DNA of 62,907 nt, filler included, from 12 parts of 12 records of this genome joined end to end with filler, not necessarily neighbours in it; one strand, 5' to 3'. Shown: positions 1-12,780, counted from the first letter of the whole stretch. A program made the numbers and translations. The notes: generated from the letters alone by a model not told the origin.

Positions 1-120
1 CCATCGTCTGAGTATGCACATCGTTCTACGTATAACAATTGAAGTCCTCCTACATGTAGTCGGGCACAACACGATTAAAGACGATTGATTGATTGATCTA
101 ATAAAGCGAATCTTACTCAC

Positions 121-1306
121 CTACTCACATGCGGGCACGTCCTCACACGGCTCACAATCCTCGGACGCGACGGACGCGGGGGACCAATGCTGCGCGTCGG
201 CCCAACGCCACATCCTGTCCTCGCCACATTGTATCCAGGCCTTGCCACACGAAATCTGCTTTGGCTGGTCGACAGTGCCAATGAACTTCTGGTCATCAGC
301 ATCAGAGCCCGCAGCCCCATATAGCGCGTCAGAGAACACAAACCTGGGCGCCCCGCACTCGGCATACTGCTCCTTGCTGATCCACTCTGACACTTGGAGC
401 GTCTTGTCAGGATCTCTGAAAGCGAAGTTGCCGTAAATCGAGCCTCCAATCCAGGCGCTCAGCTGGCGGTCTGGTGGCGCGATAACTTTGACGCCGACGC
501 CGATCCCGAAGGGGTCGAACCCAGCCACGCAAGCTGCCTTGAATGCGTCTATCATGCTTGGCTCGGTGCTCGGCCGGCCGCTCACCACAATGTTCCCGAC
601 AAGCTCGCTTAATACCTTTCCAGGCTGGGTGGTCGCGTCATGAGTAGTATACACCAGATCATAGCCCTCGACCGCGCCCAGCACCGAGTTCAACGCACCA
701 AAGCCTAGCTGGGCCAGCACTTTGGAGCCGTCCGGGAGCGTGAGACCTTCGGCATTGCATGGAAAGTCGCACGCCCCGGTGAGGTCGCAGGTCATGGTCC
801 CGGGGTACTTGGCCGCGAGCACCAGCCCCTCGTAGTGGGCCACCACCTGGGCCGCAATGCTCAAACGGATGGGCTGCATGGCTCACCTGGGTCAGATCGT
901 GCCCAAAGTCGATGTTGACCGCGGTGGTCCGGCCGGAGGCGTAGCAGGCCATGGTGGGCTTGAGCCCGAATAGCACCCGCTCCTGGTCCTCAGTCTCGAA
1001 AAGGAACTCGCACACCTTGGACCGGTCAACCGCCTGCCGGAGTGAGTGGACCAGCACGGCCTGCTTGTGGTAAGCCGCCTCGTTCTGGGTGAAGGGTGAC
1101 AGCCTGCGGACAGCGCATTATGAAACTAGCAGTGGCCGGGCTCACATCTGGTGGAGCTTGTCAGGGTCGCTGATCACACCGCGCGCGTACCCCCGGCCTC
1201 TGGTGAGCACACTGACTTCGGGTGCGTCCTCGCCGGTGGTGCCTAGCTGGCACTCGTACCCATCAAGCGAGATCAGAAGCGCTTCGCGTTCGCCTTCGGG
1301 CCACAT
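121..1306 (-). CDS. Highly divergent actin-related protein, 3 exons, with C-terminal extension
   Basis: Spliced translation has actin motifs ACYASGRTTAVNIDFG, LTLPDGSKV, GNIVVSG, KVIAPPDRQLSAWIGGSI and WISKEQYAECG. Two ~40-nt GT-AG introns join ORFs 1142-1366, 659-1057 and 121-879. ATG at 1306. Confidence 0.8.
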
Positions 1307-1465
1307 GCTTGCGGTGTGCCGGTACGCGGTGTAGGATTGGCCGTTATATGCGGTTAGGCGTCTCACGGGATGACTGAGATGCTATTCCCATGGAGCCCTA
1401 TTCCCTACTAATTATTCCCTGATATTAACAAGCGGCTTATACCTGTACTATAATTATGCGATATT

Positions 1466-3151
<1,686 letters not shown>

Positions 3152-3192
3152 CGCCGGTTCTATCGAGCACTGCCCGGCTTTCCGTTGGAGCC
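3152..3192. promoter_or_regulatory. 41-nt divergent intergenic region with CCGTTG motif
   Basis: Lies between ATG 3151(-) and ATG 3193(+); CCGTTG at 3182-3187. Confidence 0.6.
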
Positions 3193-4188
3193 ATGCGCGT
3201 TTGGGCGCTGCTGGTGTTGTGCTGCAGCCCGGCGGCCGCCAGTGTGTGCCGCGGCTCCACCTTCGCCCCCGGGCGGCACAACCTGACGCTGTCCACTGCG
3301 GACGGCCGGAACCGCAGCTTCGCCCTCTTCGTGCCCTTCTGGGCCTCGGGATCCCCCCCGTGGCGCACCTTCGCACCGAGCCAGCCGCGGCCGTTGGTGG
3401 TCAACTGGCACGGTTGCAACGCGCACATGCCGCTCACAGAGTACCATGACTATATATCGAGGCTCACCGAGGCCGCTGCCGACCGCAGCTGGTTCGTAAT
3501 CACACCGGTGGGCAGCAGGGCGCCGCTGCCCGACCCGAACCAAGGGGCGCACTCGTGGGGCTGGTCGGCATACGGGATCGGGCCCGGGGTGTGCTCGGCG
3601 CTTGGGGTAGACGACTTTGAATTTTACGAGCGGCTGGTTGGCTGGGCGGCGGATAACCTTTGCGTGGACCTGGCCAGGCTGTACAGCACAGGTTTCAGCA
3701 ACGGCGGATTCATGAGCTACTCGCTCGGCTGCCGCCAGGCACCTTTCCGTTACCCACTGGCGGCGGTTGCCTCAATGGCGGGCTCGCTGTCACGCGCCCG
3801 CTTAGCAGAGTGCGGAGCAGGCCCTCCGCTGCCGGTTCTTTCATTCCACTCGATAGATGACCCAACTGTGCCGTTCAACGGATCTCTGTGGACCGCTGGC
3901 CAGCTGGAAGTCAATGCGATGTGGGCCGCTAGGGCCGGGTGTGCCGAGCCGGCCAAGCTCGTGCTAAAGACGGCCACCACTACATGCTCTCGATGCAGCG
4001 GCCGCGGTGCCGCAGTGGAGCTTTGTGCGGTGTCAGGACTGGACCATTGCTGGGTGGGCGGCCGGTCGGGCGGGTTCCCGACGTGTGAGGCCCGGCCGGG
4101 CGACGTGCACGCCACGGAGCGCATGATGAACTTCTTCTCTAGATACGCGTTGGATCCTCAAGTCGTCGAGCAGCTGCGAGCCGGTTGA
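3193..4188 (+). CDS. Secreted alpha/beta-hydrolase, PHB depolymerase/LpqC-like esterase
   Basis: Signal peptide MRVWALLVLCCSPAAA; PLVVNWHG, GVDDFEF, VDLARLYSTGFSNGG (nucleophile elbow), HSIDDPTVP, GLDHCW. No intron needed. Confidence 0.85.
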   Translation: MRVWALLVLCCSPAAASVCRGSTFAPGRHNLTLSTADGRNRSFALFVPFWASGSPPWRTFAPSQPRPLVVNWHGCNAHMPLTEYHDYISRLTEAAADRSWFVITPVGSRAPLPDPNQGAHSWGWSAYGIGPGVCSALGVDDFEFYERLVGWAADNLCVDLARLYSTGFSNGGFMSYSLGCRQAPFRYPLAAVASMAGSLSRARLAECGAGPPLPVLSFHSIDDPTVPFNGSLWTAGQLEVNAMWAARAGCAEPAKLVLKTATTTCSRCSGRGAAVELCAVSGLDHCWVGGRSGGFPTCEARPGDVHATERMMNFFSRYALDPQVVEQLRAG

Positions 4189-4234
4189 TTAATCAATCTA
4201 CTTGAAGATTCTAATAAATAGAGTTTATCGCGAA

Positions 4235-4813
4235 TCATGGCCGGTTGGAGCTATGCCTCTCGGCATGCCGCTCGGTGGCTTGCACTAGCCTCTTGCTCGC
4301 AGCCTTCACGCGCTTCTTGGCCGCCTTCCAACTCCTCAGCTTCTCCAGCTCGACCGCGGACGACCGGCTTGCCGACGCCCTCGCCGCCCGGTACGCCACC
4401 TCGGCCTGGGCTCGCCGCACCTTGGCTCGCAGATGCGCGGCCCTGGCCGCCGCCCCGCCCTGAACCGTCGACAGCTTGGAACTGACCAGGAGTCCGGCGT
4501 CGGCCTTGGCCCGTCGGAGTGCCGCGCGGGCCGCGCTCACGGCCTTTTGATGCCGGGTGAGCTCCCGACCGGCCTTGCGCAGGCGGGCCTGGGCCCGGCG
4601 AAGCTCGTTCGGGCCGGCGGGGGCCGGTGGGAGGGCGTTGTCCAGTTCGTCTAGCGCGTGTCGGTACTCGGACGGAATTCGGTGCTGATCGGCCCGGGCG
4701 GCGGCTTGCTCGGTGGCCCGGAGCTCGTCAAACATCTGCAAGCCCACGTCCGGCTGCACCCCCAGCGCCAGCCCGGCAAGCAACCCAAGCGCTAGCGCCC
4801 AGGACAAGCGCAT
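4235..4813 (-). CDS. Hypothetical secreted Ala/Arg-rich coiled-coil protein
   Basis: ATG 4813 gives a signal peptide MRLSWALALGLLAGLALG followed by helical sequence; the stop borders an AT-rich spacer. Confidence 0.6.
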   Translation of the reverse strand: MRLSWALALGLLAGLALGVQPDVGLQMFDELRATEQAAARADQHRIPSEYRHALDELDNALPPAPAGPNELRRAQARLRKAGRELTRHQKAVSAARAALRRAKADAGLLVSSKLSTVQGGAAARAAHLRAKVRRAQAEVAYRAARASASRSSAVELEKLRSWKAAKKRVKAASKRLVQATERHAERHSSNRP

Positions 4814-4873
4814 CTTGATGGAAAATATGCCCCAACGCAAAAACCGTTGAACGAGCCGAGGTGCGCGGGCAAT
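4814..4873. promoter_or_regulatory. 60-nt divergent intergenic region with CCGTTG motif
   Basis: Lies between ATG 4813(-) and ATG 4874(+); CCGTTG at 4844-4849. Confidence 0.55.
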
Positions 4874-5764
4874 ATGGCGGCTTCTGGACGCTCGCCCGGG
4901 GTCAAGGACCGCTCGGACGTCGAGGTGATGAACTGGCTGGGCGGGATGGACACGGACGGCGACGGCGTGGTGAGCCTGCAGGAGTTTCAGGCAGCCGGGG
5001 GGAGCAAGCAGGCCTTCGAGCAGTACGATCTGAACAACGATGGCGTCCTGGATCTTCAGGAGATGGAGGCCGCGGCCTCCAGCTTCGACATCGGCCATTC
5101 CAAGAGGCTCGGCCCGGACTGGACCGGCCAGGAGATGGAGGAGGCCCTCCGCGGCCAGGGCGTCGGCATCGGCCGGCCCGAGAGCAGGTGGTCAGATCAG
5201 ACAATCGAGGGCGCCCGCCGCCGTGACGAGGCCCGGGCACAGGCGGCGGCCCAGACGGCCCCGGGCGAGTCGCCCGGGTACCAGGCCCGGGCCCGGCACC
5301 AGGCCTCCGGGTGTTATGACTACCAAGCCAAAATGGAAATCGTCTCGCAACTCCAGTCCCGTCGAGAGAGCCGCATCGAGCCGCCAGCCGCCGAGCCGCC
5401 AGCCGAGCTGCCGGTGGGCGCCGAGGGGCCGTCCGAACAACCGGCCGGGTTGGTGTCGCCCCCGCCGATGCTGGATGGCCCTCCAGAGCTATGCAGAGCC
5501 CCGACCTCTCCACTGGTTGAGGAGATGGAGGCAATTGCGGGCGGAGCAATGGCTGCGACCCGGTCGGGTGACGGACGGTCCAAGACTGTGGCCGGGGTGG
5601 TGGCTAGCCGGATGGCAAATCGGGTCGAGAGGGACAGCCAGGAGATGTATGTCAGAATGCTCGCAGTCCAGGCGGGCAGGCTGAGGAGCCCAGGAGCCGG
5701 CCAGCTGAGCTCAGGCACACCTTCCGATCTGGACAACATCTTGGGGCCGTGGGGCGCCCGCTGA
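4874..5764 (+). CDS. EF-hand pair protein with disordered C-terminus
   Basis: Canonical loops DTDGDGVVSLQEF and DLNNDGVLDLQEM. Confidence 0.8.
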   Translation: MAASGRSPGVKDRSDVEVMNWLGGMDTDGDGVVSLQEFQAAGGSKQAFEQYDLNNDGVLDLQEMEAAASSFDIGHSKRLGPDWTGQEMEEALRGQGVGIGRPESRWSDQTIEGARRRDEARAQAAAQTAPGESPGYQARARHQASGCYDYQAKMEIVSQLQSRRESRIEPPAAEPPAELPVGAEGPSEQPAGLVSPPPMLDGPPELCRAPTSPLVEEMEAIAGGAMAATRSGDGRSKTVAGVVASRMANRVERDSQEMYVRMLAVQAGRLRSPGAGQLSSGTPSDLDNILGPWGAR

Positions 5765-5888
5765 GCAGCCCGGGCGTACAGGCGAGAGCCCGTGTAACGT
5801 TATTAATTAAACGTGATATCATGACTTTTGCGGTGTGGTCCAAAGAGCTCTTTGAATCCTCACTTGTAAGTAATACTTTATTTCGCAT

Positions 5889-7280
5889 CTACTTCTGGAT
5901 CGACCTCACCACCATCGCCACCATGCTCGTCAGCAAGTCGTCCCCTTCTCCGCCGCCCCCGCACGCCACTCCGCCAGGGAACTGCTCGCCCGGTGGAGAA
6001 GTCGTTACTATTGTCGGCGCCGCCTCCGAAAATGTCCAGTTCCAGCCACTGGCCCCACTACACAGCCCATCGTTACTCGACACCGTCTGTCCGGTAGCGC
6101 CGACAATATGCCCGGTGTCGGCAAGCAACTCGCCCGGTTTTGGTAGAAACTCCGTGGCATTCTCAGGCCAGGAGCCAAAGTCATCCGGCGGCGCGAACCG
6201 AGCCATCCGCGCCCCGGTGAAGGTCACAATCACCAGATCCAGCGACGGTATCACCACCCCGAACTGCCCACCGCCGCCGTATGCAAAGAAAGCATCCGAC
6301 GGGACCCCATTCCCGAGCGGCTTCCTCCACACGAAATGCGAGTAATTCGAGCATCCTCCCACGCCCGCAGGGGTAGGCTCCTGCATCGCGCGCACGTACG
6401 CCTCGTCCAGCAGCTGATCCCCGTCCCAACGGCCGCCGTTGAGCAAAAGGTAAGCGAGCCTGGCAAAGTTGCGGAGCTGATGATAACTGCTCCCATCCAA
6501 CTCGCTCTCTCCCTGCTTGTTGCCCATCCAGCGCCAGGTGCCGTTACGAATCCCGATCTTTTCAAACAGCCCTCCCGGCTGCGCAGCGTATGCCGCCAAC
6601 CCCCGGCCTGTGGCTTTGGTGAATATCCCGCTTGCCAGCCCCGTATTGCACCATGAATAGACAAACGAGCTGCCCGGACGATCCAGCAGCCCATGGCTGG
6701 CCACAAACTGACCGACCTCCTGACCGTCGGGCCCGGTGCCCTGCCGGAAGGCCCGGTTCCAGTCACGGCAGTGTCCAAACCAAGTCGGATCCCGCCAGTA
6801 GGTTCCGTTAAGACCGCCCGACATGGCCAACAGGTTCTCCAGCAGCAGCGGGGCGGCGGCGGCGGCCGGTGTCAGCGGCTTGATTCGATAGTACCGGCTC
6901 ACTGGCGTCCGGACTGCGAGTTTGTTATGCTGTATCGCGTGGGCGATCAGGGCAGACGAGATGCTCTTTGTTGCCGACTCCATGTCGTGCATACTGCTGC
7001 GGCTGGTGCTCCCCCAGTAATGCTCGGCCACAACGTAACCGCCGCGCACCACCAGCAGCCCATCGGCGTGCCCGGTGGCCCGCCAGTGTGTTTTGTTGAT
7101 CCGGCGACCGCCCTGGTTGAACAGGCGTACATGCTCCACAGCCGCGGCCAGCTTGCCCGCATCCATGCCCTGCGCCTCCGGGGCCGCGTGTCGCCAGTCT
7201 GCAGTCGGCCAGTACGGTCGGTCGATGGCCGCGCCGACCATCAGGCTCGCCAGCAGAGCCGAGACCCCCAGGGCAGGCAT
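5889..7280 (-). CDS. Secreted serine hydrolase, beta-lactamase class C/NylB-like family
   Basis: Signal peptide; WPTADW, LLVVRGGYVVAEHY, SxxK (SATK), PGSSFVYS, FFAYGGGGQFGVVIPSLDLVIV. Intronless 463-aa ORF. Confidence 0.88.
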   Translation of the reverse strand: MPALGVSALLASLMVGAAIDRPYWPTADWRHAAPEAQGMDAGKLAAAVEHVRLFNQGGRRINKTHWRATGHADGLLVVRGGYVVAEHYWGSTSRSSMHDMESATKSISSALIAHAIQHNKLAVRTPVSRYYRIKPLTPAAAAAPLLLENLLAMSGGLNGTYWRDPTWFGHCRDWNRAFRQGTGPDGQEVGQFVASHGLLDRPGSSFVYSWCNTGLASGIFTKATGRGLAAYAAQPGGLFEKIGIRNGTWRWMGNKQGESELDGSSYHQLRNFARLAYLLLNGGRWDGDQLLDEAYVRAMQEPTPAGVGGCSNYSHFVWRKPLGNGVPSDAFFAYGGGGQFGVVIPSLDLVIVTFTGARMARFAPPDDFGSWPENATEFLPKPGELLADTGHIVGATGQTVSSNDGLCSGASGWNWTFSEAAPTIVTTSPPGEQFPGGVACGGGGEGDDLLTSMVAMVVRSIQK

Positions 7281-7490
7281 TCGTTCCGTTAGGTCGCCCG
7301 TGATTTTTTTTTAAATTTTTTAATGAATTTAATTATTAATTTAATTCTATTTCTACGAGTATTTAGGACCTACGAGTATTTCTATTTCTATTTCTATTAT
7401 ATTTTTTTTTCTCTCTCTCTAGATAGCTTGCAGCACTTGATTAATATTTCATGTGCGAGTAACTAATTACTCTCCAGAATAGAGCTGCCG

Positions 7491-8101
7491 GTGACTGGAT
7501 GCACTGCTGACCCGCTGTATGCGCCCACTGAATACCCAGTCACACTCAAGCTATCCGATACACAGTTTTACGTGGGCACACGCCACTGTTCAAACCAGGC
7601 CGAGTGGCGTGCGGCGCTGGCCGAACTCCGCGGTGCCCTCGGGCGAGGGAAGTGCGCAACCTCGTCAATCGGATTAGGCTGGCACTGGGAGGCAGCCCCG
7701 TCACTTTGCCATGCAGGGATGAGCGCTACAAGGCCAAAGTGGCCGCATTCATTTATACAAACCAGACTGGGGCAATTGACAGCTTTTTCAATACCTCTAG
7801 ACTGGATAGCATGGTCAGTGGCAGCTTGATTGATGCCTGGATGCCCAAGCCCTGTTTTGCGCGAGGTGAGGTGGTCAAGGCCGACCTGGATGTCTACCAC
7901 GGCTGGGCTAAGCTTGGGTGCATGCTTATGACTTGTGAGAGTGATAACGAGAGCATCAATACAGAGTTGGACGCGATTGTCAGGGAACTCTTTGGAAATC
8001 GCGACGGCACATTCTTGCCACTACACATAGACCAAGACGCTCGGCGACAAAACGAAGCGGCAATCGACTGCAAGATGCTTCGCGAGGGCCATGCATGGTA
8101 G
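7491..8101 (+). CDS. Hypothetical protein, 5' end unresolved
   Basis: ORFs 7491-7829 and 7604-8101 join in phase through a ~65-nt GT-AG intron at about 7652-7717. No recognisable motif or clear ATG. Confidence 0.35.
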
Positions 8102-8417
8102 GTTGGCCACGCCCATTACAATAGAAAGGCACTCGTGGCCAAGTGAGCTTACAATACTCTTGAATGATAATAAGGCTTTGAACAATAGATGCCTAATAGA
8201 TGCCAATCTATCGGTTGCGATTTTAATAATACAGTACGTAAACTCGTACAGTATTGCTCGGGTCTGACCGTTCAGCGTGCACTTCGGCGCCCTTAATCCA
8301 TAAACTCGCTCGCGATCGAATCATATCTGGCACTAAGTGCCCTTCTAATGCCAAAACGCCTCATTCGGTGGCACAGACACCTCATCCTGCCCCCCCTCAA
8401 CATACCAGCCTCAGTCT

Positions 8418-9297
8418 TCAGTGGACCGGCTTCATAGTGCAATCTTGGTATAGCATAACCGCCTCCTCGAACGAATCCTTATTCAGCGCGAGCTTCTTCT
8501 TGCAGTGTAGGTAGAACTCCGACTGTGTCCGCCCTCAGTCGCCGGCGCCCCTGCACGCACCGGGCTGATGACTCCGTCTGCATTCTTATCGATATTCTCT
8601 ACCTGACCTTCCACTCGCCCGGGCCTCCGGGGCTCAGCACCTCCCGGTCACTCATCTCTCTGGTCCACGCAGAGCCGGGCGATCGGAGCCTAGAGCTTTC
8701 AGGCCCGTCTCAGTGCTGCCCGGCCGGGCCTGCACACCTCACAGTCCAGTACTCGTCCTTGTCAATCACCCCGTTACCATCCGTATCGTAGAGCTCAAAC
8801 ATCTGGAATGCCCGCACAAGCAGCGAGGCGTTCTGGCGCTGCAGCTGGCGCAGCACCGAGGCATCCTCATCCTGCAGTTCGTCGGCCTCCATGGTCACAT
8901 CCTACCCGACCGCTCGCGCGCACCGGGCACACATCCCACCTGGTGCATGGCGACCGCGGCCTCAAACGTGGCCGTGTTGACGTGCAGAACCTTCCGGCAA
9001 TGGGTGTAGAATTCGGACGGGCTGATCACGCCGTCTCTGTTGATGTCCATTGAGTCCAACTAGCCGCCGCTCCCCGCCGGCCCGGCCGGCCCGGCCCACC
9101 TGGTTGTCACTCATCTCCCGGGTCCACTCGCTGCTATCAACCCGCATTCTGAGCTGGTTGCTGGCCGGGCCGGCTCGGCTCGCCCCCTCGGCCAGGGCTG
9201 CCTGATGGTCCAATACTCGTCCTTGTCGATGCTCCCGTTCCCGTCAACGTCATAGACGTCAAAAAGCTCGAACATCTGGGTGAGCAGCTTGGCCCTG
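8418..9297 (-). CDS. Multi-EF-hand protein with internally duplicated module (5'-truncated)
   Basis: YDVDGNGSIDKDEYWT, MDINRDGVISPSEFY and YDTDGNGVIDKDEYWT in short exons; the SEFYxHCxKxL segment occurs twice; stop at 8418-8420. Confidence 0.8.
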
Positions 9298-9397
9298 NNN
9301 NNNNNNNNNNNNNNNNNNNNNNNNNNNNNNNNNNNNNNNNNTTAATTAATTAANNNNNNNNNNNNNNNNNNNNNNNNNNNNNNNNNNNNNNNNNNNN
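9298..9397. other. Artificial contig linker
   Basis: N-run + TTAATTAATTAA (stops in all six frames) + N-run, 100 nt. Confidence 0.98.
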
Positions 9398-9469
9398 TAG
9401 TTTATCATTGTAATAAAAAGCCTATTTTTTTTTTAAAAAAAGAGGCCTATACCCACTTACGACGTACAG

Positions 9470-9533
9470 TAGATGTACCGGTATTTACAAGTACGGTACG
9501 TACCGGTATTTACAAGTATTGCAAGTACATCTA
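9470..9533. repeat. 64-nt GTAC-rich element: 9-bp terminal inverted repeat around a 19-nt direct repeat
   Basis: TAGATGTAC (9470-9478) / GTACATCTA (9525-9533); GTACCGGTATTTACAAGTA at 9475-9493 and 9500-9518. Confidence 0.7.
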
Positions 9534-9548
9534 AAAGCCAAAGAGCGC

Positions 9549-12491
9549 ATGTCGGGCAAGACGCTGAAGGACTTTTCGAAGCTCCCGCCGCACCTGCAAG
9601 AGCGGTGTCAGCCACCGGAGGCGAGCTCCTCGCGAGCGCACCGGCAGGTACTACAATTTTTTTGTGGACAACAACGTGCGATTTTTGAAGGTGAAGCCCG
9701 GCTGATCGTGCGTTCAGCGGCTGGGCAGAACGACGAGGGGGAGTACGTGGCCACCATGCGGGTTGTCGATCCCGACAACACTCCTGCCCAGTGAGCTGCG
9801 TCTCAGTCTCGCCGCTGAGCTGTACCCAGTTCGACTCGGCGACACAGCCAACGCGACGAGTCCCTGACGCGCAGCACGGCAGCGAGTGCGATGAAATCGG
9901 TACTGGGTGAGCGTGCACGGCCCTGAACCGCAGACCGGTGAGCCACCTGGAGCAGGTCAGCTGCCGTCGATGGGGCGGCCCAAGTCTCTGGTCAAATCTT
10001 CGGTGCATGGGAAGCGTGCGGCGCACTGGCAACCGGCAGAGTTCAATACCAAACTGTACCCGCGATTCTGTGTGTGGCTCCGGAGGGTGGCCGCACGATA
10101 CGGGTGGCTGTTGGCAGGTTCACTGATCCAGCAGAGGGGCTTTCTAAAGGCCAAGCAGCGGCCAGTCACTTGGCTGCTCAAGGTCGCCGTTGCCTACCGG
10201 CAATTATATGCTTGTGTGAGCGCTGGCTGGGTATGTTTCAGTTGATTGAGGAAATATACGACTGCCGGTACGCACACGATCTCAACGAGGGGAAAAGTGA
10301 AGCTTTTTCTGCACCCAAGGTGTCGATTGCTACTCAAAACACCACGTTGAGCAAGGGCAGGCCAATCACTTGTTTCCCGTGTTTGTTAATGAGCTCTTCT
10401 GCAAAAAGTATGGGCTCAAATCCCTTGTAGAACAGGTGGCGACTTGCGTTAGCTTGCTCTCTTGCTGGCAGCCTGCGCATCACTCATATTCAGGGCTGCT
10501 GGGATTTGGTATGCAACGTCCAGGAGTACCGCGCAAACTATCAGGTTGGATACATCACGGAGGGCCCTAACAGCTCCCATGTTGTGCCTACAGGAGGTCG
10601 AAATCTTTGCGAGTCTGCTGGACGAGTTTTATGATCCTGATGACTTACTTTTCTTCCTTTACGTGCGAAGGTTTGCAGTTCTCTGTGCTTCCAACTGACA
10701 GGAGGCCCGCCTGACAGCTTAGTGCAACAGCAGCAAGCAAAGCTGGCCAAGCATGTAAACTTGCGTGATGAATGTTGAAGTAAGTGTTTGGGCTGATTAG
10801 GGTTCTCAAGGACACTCGAAGCAGCTCTCAGATCGCACATGCATGAATATTGTCCGGATTGTGTTTGGCGACGACCCGGACCAGCTGCTAGATGAATTTC
10901 TTGGTCGCCCACACTTTGCTGTCATATTTGACTCCTGTATGTTATCCCAGGCGCGATTGATGAACATTTGGTCGGTGAAAGTGGCAGTCGTGAGCGCGTG
11001 ATTGATGTACACACTTTCCTGGCTCTAGCACTTGAGGAATACCATAATAGCCGACCACAAGATGACTTCAAAACTGAATCGCAGTTTGGAAGTCCACACC
11101 TGGCTCTTGAGACTGAGATGGGAATGCGCGAAGAAGAGAATCAGCAGCAGAAGCAATGGTCGGAACGGATAAGTCAGCTTGAGGCTGCCCGCAACCTGGC
11201 TATCCAAGAGCAGCAGGTGATCTGACTTGATCGTCATAATTTCAGCTCGGCAAGTGCTCACTTTGTCTCGCTTTTCAGGAGATGACTCTGTTAGATGAGG
11301 ACAAGATGTTGCAAGCAAAGATCCTGGAGGCCATGAAGGCCAATGGATTTAAGTCTCAGCAAATAGAGAGCCCTCGAGAGGAACAGCGGACTAAGCGAAG
11401 CAAGTCTCGCAGCAAATCTCCATCGCGATACACAGCCCAGTCCCAGTCATCGCCAGATGTACCCGCTTTGCCATCGCTGCACGAAGTTTTCTCCTTTTCA
11501 GTGTCCCCAACTTCAACAGAAGGCCCAGAAACCCCCAAGGATCTGACCGCAGGGGCAAAAGACGCGCTCAGTCCGATCCGGAATGAGGTCAGCATAAGGG
11601 TCTATCCTGCGTTTTTGACTCGAAAGTGCCTTTTGCAGGGTACGCTGCAGCTTATCATGGAGCTCAGGGAGTGCTTGGTTGAGGATACACGTAGCTATTT
11701 GGACACAATCATGAGTGCAGCTGAAGGATTGCCTGCGCCTGCACAGCAGGAGATCCGTGCTGTGGTAGAAGGCCGTCTACAAGCCAAGGCAAGTGCAAAT
11801 ATGAAGCTGCCTATGACCGTATTGCATTCTCAGGTTGCAGCAGCACTATCCGAGATACTTGAGGTGTGCCAAGGTGCTTTCGATACAACAGATGCTGTTG
11901 TTGAAGTTGTTGTAGGCCATCAGGAAGACTCTGAGCTACCTGAGGAAGAGCTGACTCCTGAGTTGCAAATGCAGGTCATGCACGAACTTGATCCTGTGGC
12001 TAGCTCGTCTGCCAAATTGCCATATGAGAGGTAAGGCATGGGGTATGCAGGTGAATGCAGCGGTTGCCAATATGGTCGACCAGTCATTGGTGGCCTGCCA
12101 AGGTCCAATGTCCACCGTGAGCGATTACGAGGTGCTTCTGTTCTCCCTTTGCGAAGTATTTATTTCCAACATCTGCCTTAACCTGCCTGTAACCTGCCTG
12201 CACTGCCTTTAATTCCTCAACCAGGTACCAAATCCTAGCACAGAGGCGGAGGAGCTCACACGACGATACCGCCATCTTCTCGTGTACCAACTCGACTCGT
12301 TAACCAGACAAGTTGTGATGAAATCACCTAGATTACACCATGACACACTGTGCACTTTCAGTCGAACCTTGCTGGGATCGCCAGAATTAAGGCAAGAGAT
12401 TGAACCATTGGTGGTCTTTCTTGTCATCTTTGCCACGAAGCAATTTGAAAGCCCAGAGAATGGCAATTCCCCCGGTCATTTTGCAGACTGA
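9549..12491 (+). CDS. Large multi-exon protein with a TSNAXIP1-like helical domain (possibly ciliary)
   Basis: Spliced segments LIEEIYDCRY, FPVFVNELFCKKYGLKSLVEQ and EVEIFASLLDEFYDPDDLLFFLYVR resemble, from memory, TSNAXIP1-type domains. Exon model approximate. Confidence 0.5.
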
Positions 12492-12543
12492 AAATGCTGG
12501 TATGTTTCTCACAAGAGAGTTAAAGTCGTTTATTGATATCTAA

Positions 12544-12643
12544 NNNNNNNNNNNNNNNNNNNNNNNNNNNNNNNNNNNNNNNNNNNNTTAATTAATTAAN
12601 NNNNNNNNNNNNNNNNNNNNNNNNNNNNNNNNNNNNNNNNNNN
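12544..12643. other. Artificial contig linker
   Basis: Same 100-nt N/TTAATTAATTAA/N pattern. Confidence 0.98.
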
Positions 12644-12780
12644 AATGTTACAAATAAAATCAAGAACATTACACTCCTTATCGGTGTCGGCGTTTGATTT
12701 AGATTAAAATCCACTTTTTAATTCGGAAAACCGTGGAGATTATACACGGTATACTTGAACCGGATGGCCGGCGGCTGGGC

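Noticed and set aside
5889-7280. Antibiotic-resistance beta-lactamase
   Set aside because: Motifs fit the broad serine hydrolase (NylB/esterase-like) group; lactamase activity cannot be inferred from SxxK alone.
7305-7425. AT-rich tract with poly-T, (CTATTT)n and (CT)n as an origin or element end
   Set aside because: Simple low-complexity intergenic sequence; only the doubled CTACGAGTATTT was kept as a finding.
9398-12543. Lower-GC contig as contamination from another organism
   Set aside because: It has the same short-intron style and shares a 14-mer with the last contig; the GC drop follows the 5'-3' gradient. Coverage data would be needed to exclude it fully.
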